This document shows positions 11,861 through 21,846 of a DNA stretch of 64,000 nucleotides, in pieces. A program made the translations under genes and the position numbers. Numbering within the stretch: the first letter of the stretch is position 1; each line of letters opens with the position of its first letter. Below the pieces are notes generated by a model. It was not told the DNA's origin and made no database searches. It was given only the letters and a program-made list of their open reading frames with translations. Source of the stretch: a virus; the IMG/VR virus record IMGVR_UViG_3300023184_005116, positions 38,758 to 102,757 of that record; one strand, 5' to 3'.

Positions 11861-12412
11861 ATGATTTTAAACGCCAGGCAAAATGGTTTTATATTTAATT
11901 TTCCTAAGGGGTTTATTGTAGATGCTGTTGTTGAAAAATACCAGGGGTACATTAAAAGAATGCCTATTCCTTATGATACTGTTAATGATTTTATAAACGC
12001 AACTATACAATCTGTAAACTTCCCAACGCTTAGAGCTGTTGATAACGTAGAACAGATTAGACCAGGCGGATTCAAACAATCTTACAAAAGTGCAACCACT
12101 TTGCAAAATTTGGTTCAAAGAGAATTTACTGTTACATTTAAACTTGGAGAAGGATTTATTAATTATTGGGTAATTTACGAGAACATTATTAAGTTTTTGG
12201 ATTTTAATAATCCAGAGCAATATCTTCCAGACTTTAGACTTTTATTATTGGATAATGATGGTATTATTATGGCCAGCATTCTTCTTCAACAACCTATTGT
12301 GACGTCACTTTCCGAAATACAGTTGAACTACTCTTCAACTACCCCGCAGTTTAGCACTTTCTCTGTTGGGTTCAAATGTAATTACGTAGATGTCAAATTG
12401 GAAATCGGATAA
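11861..12412 (+). CDS. Tail tube/tail-completion family protein (T4 gp3/gp19-like)
   Basis: IQSVNFP...FTVTFKLGEGFINYW...LSEIQLNY...FSVGF pattern typical of the tail-tube fold. Confidence 0.55.
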   Translation: MILNARQNGFIFNFPKGFIVDAVVEKYQGYIKRMPIPYDTVNDFINATIQSVNFPTLRAVDNVEQIRPGGFKQSYKSATTLQNLVQREFTVTFKLGEGFINYWVIYENIIKFLDFNNPEQYLPDFRLLLLDNDGIIMASILLQQPIVTSLSEIQLNYSSTTPQFSTFSVGFKCNYVDVKLEIG

Positions 12413-13088
12413 AAAAATAATTGGTATAGACTTTAGCTTAAACTCTCCAGGGTTTGCAATCCTAACTCAATATAATTGTAAATGGATAAGTCTCCACAGA
12501 ACCACTAACAACATACCAAAGATGCTAGAAAAGGACGGATCACCGTTCAAAGTATTTAATGGTATCTCTGAATTCTCTATTAATATAGTTGAGAAAAAAG
12601 AATTTAAAGGGGAATACCACGAAAAGGAAAGAGAAAAAATCCTTAATGCAATTTATTTCTCAGAAAAAGTTTTGGAATTACTAGAACCTTATCTTGATGG
12701 GGGAACCTCCGTAGCAATGGAAGGGCTTTCGTTTGGATCTAGTGGAAATTCTTTAATTGATATTTCTATGACTACTGCTTTAGTTAGAGCAGGCGTTGTT
12801 AAAAAAATCGATCCTAATAATTTCTTTGTAATATCTCCAACAACTTTAAAGAAATTTGCAGTAAAGGGAAATGCAAAAAAAGACGAGCTCTACCATACAA
12901 TATTAGAAAAGAAAAGATTTGATGTTAGACTTAAACCATTAATGGATGTATTAGAAAAAAATAAAGGTACTTGGATTAAAGGAGTTGGAAAAGTAGAAAA
13001 TCCTTGTTCTGATATAATTGATGCTACTTGGTTAGCTTTATTTATTGAAGAAAATGAAGAGAAACTTTTGAAAGGCTCCACTGTATAA
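12390..13088 (+). CDS. RuvC-like Holliday junction resolvase
   Basis: IIGIDFSLNSPG, MEGLSFGS, SPTTLKKF..GNAKKD and DIIDA acidic motifs. Confidence 0.8.
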   Translation: MSNWKSDKKIIGIDFSLNSPGFAILTQYNCKWISLHRTTNNIPKMLEKDGSPFKVFNGISEFSINIVEKKEFKGEYHEKEREKILNAIYFSEKVLELLEPYLDGGTSVAMEGLSFGSSGNSLIDISMTTALVRAGVVKKIDPNNFFVISPTTLKKFAVKGNAKKDELYHTILEKKRFDVRLKPLMDVLEKNKGTWIKGVGKVENPCSDIIDATWLALFIEENEEKLLKGSTV

Positions 13089-13137
13089 ATAAAGATTAAG
13101 TTCATTAAAAAAACAATTAAAAAAAATTTGAAAAATT

Positions 13138-14094
13138 ATGGAAGACAATTTTGACATTTTCAACCTGGACAATGAGGCATTTGTAAAACAGGAAGTTAAG
13201 AGAGATGAGGACGAGTTTATCTACAAACCGTATCCTGAATTAGGAAAAGACGGTGTGTATAAATCTTTAATCCGATTCTTACCTAACATCACAAACCCTA
13301 AAAAATCTAAAATCCACCAATACTACGTGTGGTTAAAAGATCCTGTAGACGGAGCAAACTTTAAAGCTCTTTGTCCTTCTACAGTAGGAAAAAAATCAAT
13401 TTTAAAAGACATTTACTGGAAGCTTAAAAATTCTGCTTCTGCTAAAGATCAAGAGATTTCTAAAGCTTTCTCAAGAAAAGAAGATTTCTATTCTTTGATT
13501 CAAGTAGTAAAAGATCCAAACAAGCCAGAGCTTGAAGGTAAAATCATGATCTTGAAATTCGGTAGAAAAGTAAACGATCTTATCGAGCAACAAATTAAAC
13601 CTGAATTTGGTAATCCGTCAAATCCTTATGATTTATTCGAAGGTAAAAGTTTTGGATTACAGGTAAGAAAGGTTGGTGAATGGAACAACTACGATCTTTG
13701 TCAATTCGTTGGAGATAAAGGACCGGTTATGGTTAATGGATCTGCAGTTGAAAAAACAGAGGAAAGCAGAGACGCAATCACTAAATATTTAAAATCCGGT
13801 CCATTGGATCTTGATAAATATGATTACAAAGATTGGACAGAAGACGAAACTGAGAAGATCATGAAGATCATTAGAAACACTATTCCTGACGGAAGAATGA
13901 TTTCTGAAATCGTTTCAGGAAACTCTGATTCTAAATCTGCTACATCAGCACCTTCAAACAATGTTGATAGTTTCTTCGAGGATGCTAATTCTCGTACTAC
14001 AACACAATCTGAAGAGCCAGATCAGGAATCAAAACCAGCTAAGTCAAGTGGTAAAGCCGCTCCTTCTCTAGACGATTTATATAACGATTTATAA
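13138..14094 (+). CDS. Single-stranded DNA-binding protein (T4 gp32-like)
   Basis: IRFLP motif, VVKDPNKPELEGKIMILKFGRK, NPYDLFEG, acidic C-terminal tail LDDLYNDL. Confidence 0.9.
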   Translation: MEDNFDIFNLDNEAFVKQEVKRDEDEFIYKPYPELGKDGVYKSLIRFLPNITNPKKSKIHQYYVWLKDPVDGANFKALCPSTVGKKSILKDIYWKLKNSASAKDQEISKAFSRKEDFYSLIQVVKDPNKPELEGKIMILKFGRKVNDLIEQQIKPEFGNPSNPYDLFEGKSFGLQVRKVGEWNNYDLCQFVGDKGPVMVNGSAVEKTEESRDAITKYLKSGPLDLDKYDYKDWTEDETEKIMKIIRNTIPDGRMISEIVSGNSDSKSATSAPSNNVDSFFEDANSRTTTQSEEPDQESKPAKSSGKAAPSLDDLYNDL

Positions 14095-14114
14095 TAATCT
14101 AAATATGGATCGTA

Positions 14115-15185
14115 ATGGAAACAAAGGAAGCAAGTGGTCTTACAGTAGACCGAGTTAAAGGGATAGTACAAGCATCTCTTCTTAAATTCTTCGGAAACGA
14201 TCCGCATCGTCTTAAGATATACCAAGGGGGCAACAGATTAAATTTCTGTTGCCCCTATTGTGGTGATTCTAGGGATCCTAAAAAGAAAAGAGGGAATCTA
14301 TACTTAGATACACTAACTTATAAATGTTATAACGGAGGTTGCGGGGTATTTAAGAATCTGAACCAATTAACAAGGGATTTCGATATACAGACAATGCTTA
14401 GTTCTGATGAGATCTCGGAAATAACTGAATTATCAAGAAGCTCTGTAGCAAGAAAGAAAATCCGTAATTCTATTGATTATTTCTTTTCCGAAAATTACAA
14501 AGACATTCTAATACCTAGAGATGAGCTAAAAGCTAAACTAGGACTTTGGGAGGTTAAAGGAACTTTTGCAGAAAAATGGATTCTTGATAGAAACCATACA
14601 CCTGATAGTAAATTTTTATGGGATCCAAAAAGAAGAAATCTATATCTTTTAAATCTTTCAGGAGACGAGACTAAGGTTATTGGTTTACAAATGAGGCCAA
14701 TAGTTAAAAAGGGACATAGCAAATATTTTACATATAAGCTTAGCGGTATTTATAAAAATCTTATGGGAATAAAAGATCCTGAGATTATTTTAAAAGCCGA
14801 AGAGGTTGATCCAATATCTAGTGTATTTGGATTTGCAACTGTGGACTTAGATGCTATGATTACAACTTTTGAAGGACCATTGGATGCTTGGCTTTGTCCA
14901 AATTCAATTGCACTTTGTTCTATTAATAACCCTTTCCCTTTTGATGTATTAAATAAGAGGTGGTTCTTAGACGGAGATAAACCAGGAAGAGATAAATCAA
15001 GAAATCTTTTAGAAGATGGTGAAAATGTATTTCTTTGGGGAAAATTTTTAAAAGAAAATGATTTTCCTGATAGGGAAAAATGGGATCTTAATGATGTTGT
15101 AAATTATCTTAGATCAACAGGAAAAAAAATCAAAAGGCTCGATAATTATTTTTCCACTGATAAATGGGATATTATAGATATATGA
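14115..15185 (+). CDS. DNA primase (T4 gp61-like)
   Basis: NFCCPYCGDS...KRG...YKCYNGGC zinc finger; TOPRIM motifs FEGPLD, LDGD, WDLND. Confidence 0.9.
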   Translation: METKEASGLTVDRVKGIVQASLLKFFGNDPHRLKIYQGGNRLNFCCPYCGDSRDPKKKRGNLYLDTLTYKCYNGGCGVFKNLNQLTRDFDIQTMLSSDEISEITELSRSSVARKKIRNSIDYFFSENYKDILIPRDELKAKLGLWEVKGTFAEKWILDRNHTPDSKFLWDPKRRNLYLLNLSGDETKVIGLQMRPIVKKGHSKYFTYKLSGIYKNLMGIKDPEIILKAEEVDPISSVFGFATVDLDAMITTFEGPLDAWLCPNSIALCSINNPFPFDVLNKRWFLDGDKPGRDKSRNLLEDGENVFLWGKFLKENDFPDREKWDLNDVVNYLRSTGKKIKRLDNYFSTDKWDIIDI

Positions 15186-15382
15186 AAAAATCTAGAGCTA
15201 AAAATAATAATGGTAAATATAAGTTTCCTGTAGATATAAAAGGGGACTTTGAATTACCTGATTTTGATCTGTCTTCTAATTATGAGAACAGCAAGGTAAA
15301 GAATAAAATAAGCTCTGAAATAAAAGAGGTTATTACAGTAAAAAATAAAAAGAAAAAATGTCAGAGCAACAAGCTAATATAG
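15182..15382 (+). CDS. Hypothetical basic protein
   Basis: Short Lys-rich ORF between primase and UvsY; ATG at 15182 overlaps the primase stop. Confidence 0.4.
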   Translation: MKKSRAKNNNGKYKFPVDIKGDFELPDFDLSSNYENSKVKNKISSEIKEVITVKNKKKKCQSNKLI

Positions 15383-15828
15383 AGGGTAAAATAGATTTTG
15401 ATAAAAAATTTGGCGAAGAAAGATCTGAGTGGACTGAAAAAATTAGATCACTTGCTATTCGTATGAAAAACATTAGAGAGCTTGCTGAAGTACAGGTCGA
15501 TTTATATTCAAATAGACAGATCATATTAGAATATAATGCTAAACTTGGACAAGTTATGACTAAGCTTAATGCTAAATTCAGAAAAGATAAAGCAGATCGT
15601 TTAAAGTATTACTCTGAAAATAGCCAGGTGAAATACGGAGCAAATGAAAAGAATCCATTGATAGAGGGGGATCTTAGTGAGTTAAAAGAAAGAATGGAAA
15701 TAGTAGAAACACAGATTTCTTTTCTAAATGAAACTATGAAAACTGTAGACCACATGCTTTATGGGGTCCGTTCAAGAATATCTCTTGAAGAGTATATGAG
15801 ATCGGGAGCGGTCAAAAATAATTATTAA
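15358..15828 (+). CDS. uvsY: Recombination mediator UvsY-like
   Basis: Helical 156 aa protein directly upstream of UvsW; YYS...IEGD...ISFLNETMK pattern. Confidence 0.65.
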   Translation: MSEQQANIEGKIDFDKKFGEERSEWTEKIRSLAIRMKNIRELAEVQVDLYSNRQIILEYNAKLGQVMTKLNAKFRKDKADRLKYYSENSQVKYGANEKNPLIEGDLSELKERMEIVETQISFLNETMKTVDHMLYGVRSRISLEEYMRSGAVKNNY

Positions 15829-15831
15829 TTA

Positions 15832-17358
15832 ATGCTAAAATTCGTAGTAAGTGAAGATAGGAATTGGTTAAGTTTAGTTGATTATGACGAAGAATTTGAA
15901 AGAAAACAAATTGAAATATCATTAACTAAAAAAATACATAACCACTTTTTTCACCCCCTTGTTAAAAAGAAACATTGGGATGGAGCTATATGTTTTGTAG
16001 ATAAGAGATTGCCTATTTGGAGAGTTCCAGTTGGACTTTGGTCTGAACTTTATCAGATAGGACAAAAATATAAAATAGAGGTGAGAATAGATGGTCTTGA
16101 GAACATCATAGACAGTTCTTTAACTCTTGAAAAATTTACTTCGTGGTGTAACGATTTTTTTGAAGGTAAATCTTTTCAGCCTAGAGATTATCAAATAGAA
16201 ACAGCATGGAAGATCGTAAGATTTAAACTTTCCGTATCTGAGGTTGCAACTAGTTCTGGAAAAACTCTCATTGCATTTATGGTTCTTGCATATCTTAAGA
16301 AAGTACATAACGTTCAGAAATTCTTAATGGTAGTACCAAATAGTAACCTTGTAATACAAGGATCTGAGGACTTTGAAGAGTATGGATTAGAAGAATTAGA
16401 CAATTGTGAGCTTCAGCAAATACACGGATCTAATAAAAAGAAAATATCAAGTGGGCTTATGATTGGTACTTATCAATCATTGGTTAAAATGGAGCCTGAA
16501 TTTTTTGATGGAGTTGAAGCTGTTTTTGTTGACGAATGTCATCAAGCCCAAAGTGCATCGATTAAAAAGGTAGTTGCCTTGTGTAGGGATTCTAAATGGA
16601 GATTTGGATTATCTGGTACTCTAGCTAATAAAGCTACTGCTGAGTATCTGACAATACAACAATTTCTAGGACCATTAATTATGGAGATATCCCCTAAGTT
16701 TTTGTTTGATAACAAATATGCTACTCCAGTATCAATTAAAATTGTTAAAATGGATTGGCTAGATGATAGTGTAAAAGAAAAACTTGGTACGCTAAAAGAA
16801 ACAAAAACTGAAATAGAGGGGAATGAAATATTTAATATTGAAAGAAAGCTTGTTGTAAATTCAGACAAAAGGCTGGATTATGTTCTAAACTTTATACTCA
16901 AGACTTCTAAAAATTCATTGGTTCTTTTTCAATCTGTAGGCGAGGGATACGGTAAAAGACTATACGACGGAATTAGAGAAAAAACTAATGAACGTGAGGT
17001 TTATTATATAGACGGAGATACGGATCCTCAGAAAAGAGAAATCTTTTTGAATAGAATGGAAGAAGGTATTAATAAAATATTGGTAGCATCTTTTGGTACT
17101 CTTTCTACAGGAATCAGCGTAAAAAATATCCACAATATATTCCTTACTGAATCATATAAATCTGAGGTTTTAATCAAGCAAAGCTTAGGAAGGGGAATGA
17201 GATTATTTGAAGGGAAAGATAAAGTAAATATTATAGACTTTGTAGACAACTTTTCTTGGAACGGTAAAGACAATTACCTTATGAAACATTCAAAAGAAAG
17301 AATAGAAATATACAAAAAAGAGCATTTTGAATATAAGGTCTACGAGATCAAAATTTAA
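15832..17358 (+). CDS. uvsW: SF2 DNA helicase UvsW
   Basis: PRDYQ, ATSSGKT, DECH, GLSGT, STGISVKN and QSLGRGMR helicase motifs. Confidence 0.9.
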   Translation: MLKFVVSEDRNWLSLVDYDEEFERKQIEISLTKKIHNHFFHPLVKKKHWDGAICFVDKRLPIWRVPVGLWSELYQIGQKYKIEVRIDGLENIIDSSLTLEKFTSWCNDFFEGKSFQPRDYQIETAWKIVRFKLSVSEVATSSGKTLIAFMVLAYLKKVHNVQKFLMVVPNSNLVIQGSEDFEEYGLEELDNCELQQIHGSNKKKISSGLMIGTYQSLVKMEPEFFDGVEAVFVDECHQAQSASIKKVVALCRDSKWRFGLSGTLANKATAEYLTIQQFLGPLIMEISPKFLFDNKYATPVSIKIVKMDWLDDSVKEKLGTLKETKTEIEGNEIFNIERKLVVNSDKRLDYVLNFILKTSKNSLVLFQSVGEGYGKRLYDGIREKTNEREVYYIDGDTDPQKREIFLNRMEEGINKILVASFGTLSTGISVKNIHNIFLTESYKSEVLIKQSLGRGMRLFEGKDKVNIIDFVDNFSWNGKDNYLMKHSKERIEIYKKEHFEYKVYEIKI

Positions 17359-17393
17359 TATTTGGATATATAAGAAGAAAGAAAAGAATCTAA

Positions 17394-17984
17394 ATGAAAA
17401 ATATCCAATTATACGAGCATTTTTGTATTAACGAGGCTGAAAATGTATTCTTTACTAGACACAATCAACCTGGTAAATACAAAGATAGAGCATCAAAAAC
17501 ATACGGATTAACAGAAAATCCTACGGTATTACAAAAAGCTCACAACTTCTTTAGCAAAATGGAAGACCGAATAAACAGCATGGCTGGAATCGGTAGTTCT
17601 TTGCAAAAATCAAGAAGATCTGAAAGAGGCGGAGGCCCTGATACTGGTGTAGAGGTACTTTTTGGCTTACCTTCTGTTATACCTAACGTACTTAAAAGAG
17701 TATTTGGTCCTAGTAAATTTGAGCTTGCTAAAAAAGCACCTGCTAGCGACGATAACGTAGATTTGGAATTCATGAGACATACTAATGAAGACTTTGCTAA
17801 AAATGATCTTCCTAGTATAAGAACTGAAAAACAGCTGGAGGATAATATTGCAGATCTTTATCAAAAAGGTAATGTTGCAAAAGGACAGGTTCCTGTTCTA
17901 GATGATATAGCAAGAAATAGAGCTACTATGTATTATACTAGAGAGTTCAACCCAGCCCAACCGGTATTACAAACAAATAACTAA
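17394..17984 (+). CDS. Hypothetical protein, putative head-packaged
   Basis: N-terminus MKNIQLYEHFCINE; GATATATA upstream. Confidence 0.5.
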   Translation: MKNIQLYEHFCINEAENVFFTRHNQPGKYKDRASKTYGLTENPTVLQKAHNFFSKMEDRINSMAGIGSSLQKSRRSERGGGPDTGVEVLFGLPSVIPNVLKRVFGPSKFELAKKAPASDDNVDLEFMRHTNEDFAKNDLPSIRTEKQLEDNIADLYQKGNVAKGQVPVLDDIARNRATMYYTREFNPAQPVLQTNN

Positions 17985-17990
17985 TCAAAA

Positions 17991-18713
17991 ATGAAAAAAT
18001 TCTCTTTAGTAGTAGAAAAGAAAAAACAAGAATTACAAGAAAACGAATTGGTAAACGAAAGAAATCTTTACCTAGATTTTTCTAAAAAATATAACAAGGA
18101 ACATGGTGTTTCTGGTCCTTTTGATAAAAAGTTCAAAGGAGACGAAAAAGCTCAAGAGGAGTATATGGGAGGCCTTTCTAAAGCTTGGGCAGAGCACAAA
18201 AAGAAAAAAGGAATCAAAAATAAATCTGAAAAGAATTTTGATTTCAAGAAAAAAATGAACGAGTCCAAAGCATTAGATATGGCTAAAGAAATGATCGGCG
18301 ACGGTGGAGAACCTAACTATCATTTTGTTACTATGTGTGATGATTATCTTTTTGAAAAAGAAGGTGAAATGATAAAATACAGTAAGGACATTTCTTCAGC
18401 TCCTCTTAAAATTAAAACTACTCCTGATATGGGAGCTTACACATTTGGCCCTTTCATGAATATCGAAGAGTCTAAAATGTTTGCAGAAAGTATTGAACTT
18501 GATGAAATCAATGGACCTAGAATGGTAGTTATAGAGGACAGAAAAGAAGGAGAAGTTTTTTCTAAATATCTTAGCTGTAAGCTTCAACCGGTTTGGGACG
18601 AAAACATTAGTGACAGTAGCGCATCTGATGAGGATATGGACGACGAAGATGAATTTGAAGATCCTAATTCGGAATATACATACGGTGACGAAACTGAAGA
18701 CGAAGAAGAATAA
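17991..18713 (+). CDS. Hypothetical protein with acidic tail
   Basis: 240 aa ORF, D/E-rich C-terminus. Confidence 0.5.
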   Translation: MKKFSLVVEKKKQELQENELVNERNLYLDFSKKYNKEHGVSGPFDKKFKGDEKAQEEYMGGLSKAWAEHKKKKGIKNKSEKNFDFKKKMNESKALDMAKEMIGDGGEPNYHFVTMCDDYLFEKEGEMIKYSKDISSAPLKIKTTPDMGAYTFGPFMNIEESKMFAESIELDEINGPRMVVIEDRKEGEVFSKYLSCKLQPVWDENISDSSASDEDMDDEDEFEDPNSEYTYGDETEDEEE

Positions 18714-18715
18714 GA

Positions 18716-19159
18716 ATGCTAACACTATCACAAAATCTAGCTCTTTATCCGCTTTTACAGCACTATATAGGGAGTCAAGTAACCTCTATTATACCAAATC
18801 AATCTTATCTCTCTTTTAATACCTTATTAGGTGAAAGGGGAGAACTTCGTATGGAAGATAATGGCGATTGGAGAATAATAATAGGAAGTGAAATTATAGA
18901 TACAATAGAAAGTGATGTTTTTAAAACTCTTATAAGTCCAGATGCTAAAATAAAAATAGAGGAATATCTAGATTTACTGAAATCCTTGGGTACTCAGGAT
19001 AATATAAGCTATCGATCTAGAGTACTTGTTCAACAGATTCTAAAAGTTTTAGAAGATTATGTTATTAACTCTAATTATGTGCCTAAGAAAATAATAAAAG
19101 TTGGGCCTTTTATTGTTTTTAGCCACGAGGGAATAAAATTTATAAATTGTTTAAATTAA
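18716..19159 (+). CDS. Hypothetical protein
   Basis: 147 aa ORF tightly packed in the operon. Confidence 0.5.
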   Translation: MLTLSQNLALYPLLQHYIGSQVTSIIPNQSYLSFNTLLGERGELRMEDNGDWRIIIGSEIIDTIESDVFKTLISPDAKIKIEEYLDLLKSLGTQDNISYRSRVLVQQILKVLEDYVINSNYVPKKIIKVGPFIVFSHEGIKFINCLN

Positions 19160-19163
19160 AAAA

Positions 19164-21140
19164 ATGGCGGGAATAAAGAATCTATCTGAAATATATCAAA
19201 AGCAAGGTAAAGATTTCGTTGAAAAACTTTTTAACGACGAAATAACAGTGACTGAAAATCTAGATGGGTCCTCATTTTCATTCGAGAAAGATTTTATAGG
19301 AGATAATATTTCCTTTTATAAGAAAGACCAAGAAAATCCAATTACAAGAGTTGATAGGATATTAATGACGTATTACGAAAAGCCTATTAATTACATAGAT
19401 GCTTTACCTGATTCGGTAAAGCAGGATATACCTAAAGGATGGAGATTTGGAATGATATATTTTCCAAACTCTAAACCTGTTAGAATAGAGTATGACAGAG
19501 TTCCTAAAAATCACTTAATCCTTACACATATTATTGTAAGAGACGAGTTTGGTGATACGGTAAGAACAATACAGGATAAGAAAGAATTAGATATATGGTC
19601 AGAAAAAATAGGGGTTGAAAATGCTCCTATATTATTTCAAGGCAAGCTAAATCAAGATCAGAAGATATGGATTATGGATTTTCTTTCCACTCCACTGATG
19701 GATCTTAGAAATAGATTTAAAACAGAAAGCTTTACTAAGTATATCATATCTCTTATAAATCCAGGAATAATACAAACAACACTAGGCAGAGATCTAGAAG
19801 GACAGATTGATTCAATTATTTTTAGATTTAGTAGTAAAGAAAATGAAGAAGAGGTATTAGCCAAAATGGTTGATCCTATATTTTATGAACTTTCTAGAGA
19901 AAGAAAACCGGAAAGATCATCATATCTTCCTAATGATGTATACTCGTTATGTCTAATTGATATAATGAATTTTATATTAGAGGAAGGAATTGAAAGCTTT
20001 CCTGCTGACGGTGAAGAACCAGAAGAAAGGTATATTAACTTTGTATTCTCTGTTTTTAAAAGATTTATTACTGCTTACGGAGAAAAATATATTGGTGTAG
20101 ATTTCGATAAACCCGAATATCTTAAGTCAGAAAACTTTGGATTAAACAAAGAATTTATACAAGATGAAGAAGTACTTTCCAATCTTGAAGAGGACGAAGC
20201 TTATACTGATATTTTACAATTAATACTAAACTCATTTAGAAAGCTAAAAAGAAAACCACATGGTTTTTTTACTGAGGGACTAATTCAAGAGTTTAATCAT
20301 CTTGTTGAAGAAATAGCAGATTATATAAATGCTAAAAAGAAGGAGAAAATACAAGAAGCATTAGGAATCCCCACATTTGTTTGGTTTAAAAAAATAGGTA
20401 CTAAATTTAAGTTAACAGAGGAGGAAGATTTACAATCAGTTAATGAAAGTGATGAACATTTAGAATTAATCCTTGAATCTGAATCTAATGATAAAGAAGA
20501 AGAGGAAGAAAAAGATACTTCTGAATTTTTCTCATTTAGAGATTTTAAAAAAGTTGTTTCCACAAACAAGGAGAAAAAGAAAATTAAAATTCTAAACGAA
20601 GAAAAAGAAAAAGTTAATCTTCTTATAGGTAAATTTCAGCCATTTAATAATGGTCATCTAAAAATGTGTACACGATTAAAAAAAGAAAATGGCTTACCTG
20701 TTTTTCTATGTGTAGTTCATCCTGATGGGGAAGCATCAAAAAAATACCCATTCTCTATAGATCTAATTAAAAAATGTATTGGGGCTTTAACTTCGGAGGA
20801 TCCTAAACTATTTGCAGGGTATAAAATCATACCATCAAATCTTTTAGAGGATGCTTTGGTATCTATTTGCGAAGAACTTAATCCTGTTTCTGTTTGTGTA
20901 GGAGAGCCTGATTTCGAGAATACTATACTTCAAAGAGAATGGATTAGAAAAAAATACGATCTTAAAAACCAAGATATAGAAATATTTAAAACACCTAGAT
21001 GGTCAGATAACGAAAAGGTTAGAGAATGTATCAAAAGTGGAGATTTTCAAGGGTTTAAAGGAAGCGTGCCTAAGTCTATTGCAGTTTTATTTAATGAGTT
21101 TGTTAAACAATCCAGTGATGATGAAAGCGAAGATATATAA
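19164..21140 (+). CDS. RNA-ligase-like nucleotidyltransferase domain fused to a C-terminal cytidylyltransferase-like (HIGH) domain
   Basis: VTENLDGSS (ligase motif I-like, Lys replaced by Asn), APILFQG, LAKMVD; C-terminal GKFQPFNNGH. Confidence 0.55.
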   Translation: MAGIKNLSEIYQKQGKDFVEKLFNDEITVTENLDGSSFSFEKDFIGDNISFYKKDQENPITRVDRILMTYYEKPINYIDALPDSVKQDIPKGWRFGMIYFPNSKPVRIEYDRVPKNHLILTHIIVRDEFGDTVRTIQDKKELDIWSEKIGVENAPILFQGKLNQDQKIWIMDFLSTPLMDLRNRFKTESFTKYIISLINPGIIQTTLGRDLEGQIDSIIFRFSSKENEEEVLAKMVDPIFYELSRERKPERSSYLPNDVYSLCLIDIMNFILEEGIESFPADGEEPEERYINFVFSVFKRFITAYGEKYIGVDFDKPEYLKSENFGLNKEFIQDEEVLSNLEEDEAYTDILQLILNSFRKLKRKPHGFFTEGLIQEFNHLVEEIADYINAKKKEKIQEALGIPTFVWFKKIGTKFKLTEEEDLQSVNESDEHLELILESESNDKEEEEEKDTSEFFSFRDFKKVVSTNKEKKKIKILNEEKEKVNLLIGKFQPFNNGHLKMCTRLKKENGLPVFLCVVHPDGEASKKYPFSIDLIKKCIGALTSEDPKLFAGYKIIPSNLLEDALVSICEELNPVSVCVGEPDFENTILQREWIRKKYDLKNQDIEIFKTPRWSDNEKVRECIKSGDFQGFKGSVPKSIAVLFNEFVKQSSDDESEDI

Positions 21141-21153
21141 ATAAAAAATTAAG

Positions 21154-21843
21154 ATGAGAAGAATTCTTGGTTGGAATGATTTCAAACTATTCGAGCAAGT
21201 TTATCTAGATAAGGATGATCCGAAAGGAAATCAAATATCAGAGCAAGCTTTTAAAAAAATGAGGCTTTGTTGCTTCGATATTATGGGTAAATACCCGTTC
21301 TTTAGAAAGCTTCTTTCTGATTTAGTTATTAGAGAAAACAGAAATCTAAAATATAGAACAATGGCAACCGATGGTGTTAGTATACACTACGATCCAGGGT
21401 TTGTTTTAGCAAAAACTGAGGGAGAAATTATATTTGTAATATGTCACGAAATAATGCACAACGTATTATTTCACTTTGCTAGAAAAATGCCAGACCCAGA
21501 TTTATGGAATGCTGCAGCAGACTACGCATTAAATCAATTACTTGAAGGTGTTGGCGAAATGCCTAAAGAAGGTTTATATCCTGGATGCGGATGGCACCCA
21601 GATGATAAAAAATTCGTAAATCTTTCTGCAGAGCAAATATACGAATGGCTAGTTAAATCTGGATCTAAATCCCCAGAAAAACCGGAGCCAGGAGAAGGTG
21701 AGCCAGATTCAGAACTTAAAATAGGTGACATAATTAGAGATACTAAAACTAATACCTATGGTGTTGTTAAATCGATAGATGTAGCATCAGGGGAAATAGA
21801 TTTTGATCCTATTCCAGAATCAGATGTTTCAAAATATTTATAA
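21154..21843 (+). CDS. Putative metallopeptidase (DUF2201 N-terminal type)
   Basis: TMATDG, HEIMH (HEXXH), WNAAADYALN, LSAEQIY. Confidence 0.8.
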   Translation: MRRILGWNDFKLFEQVYLDKDDPKGNQISEQAFKKMRLCCFDIMGKYPFFRKLLSDLVIRENRNLKYRTMATDGVSIHYDPGFVLAKTEGEIIFVICHEIMHNVLFHFARKMPDPDLWNAAADYALNQLLEGVGEMPKEGLYPGCGWHPDDKKFVNLSAEQIYEWLVKSGSKSPEKPEPGEGEPDSELKIGDIIRDTKTNTYGVVKSIDVASGEIDFDPIPESDVSKYL

Positions 21844-21846
21844 AAA

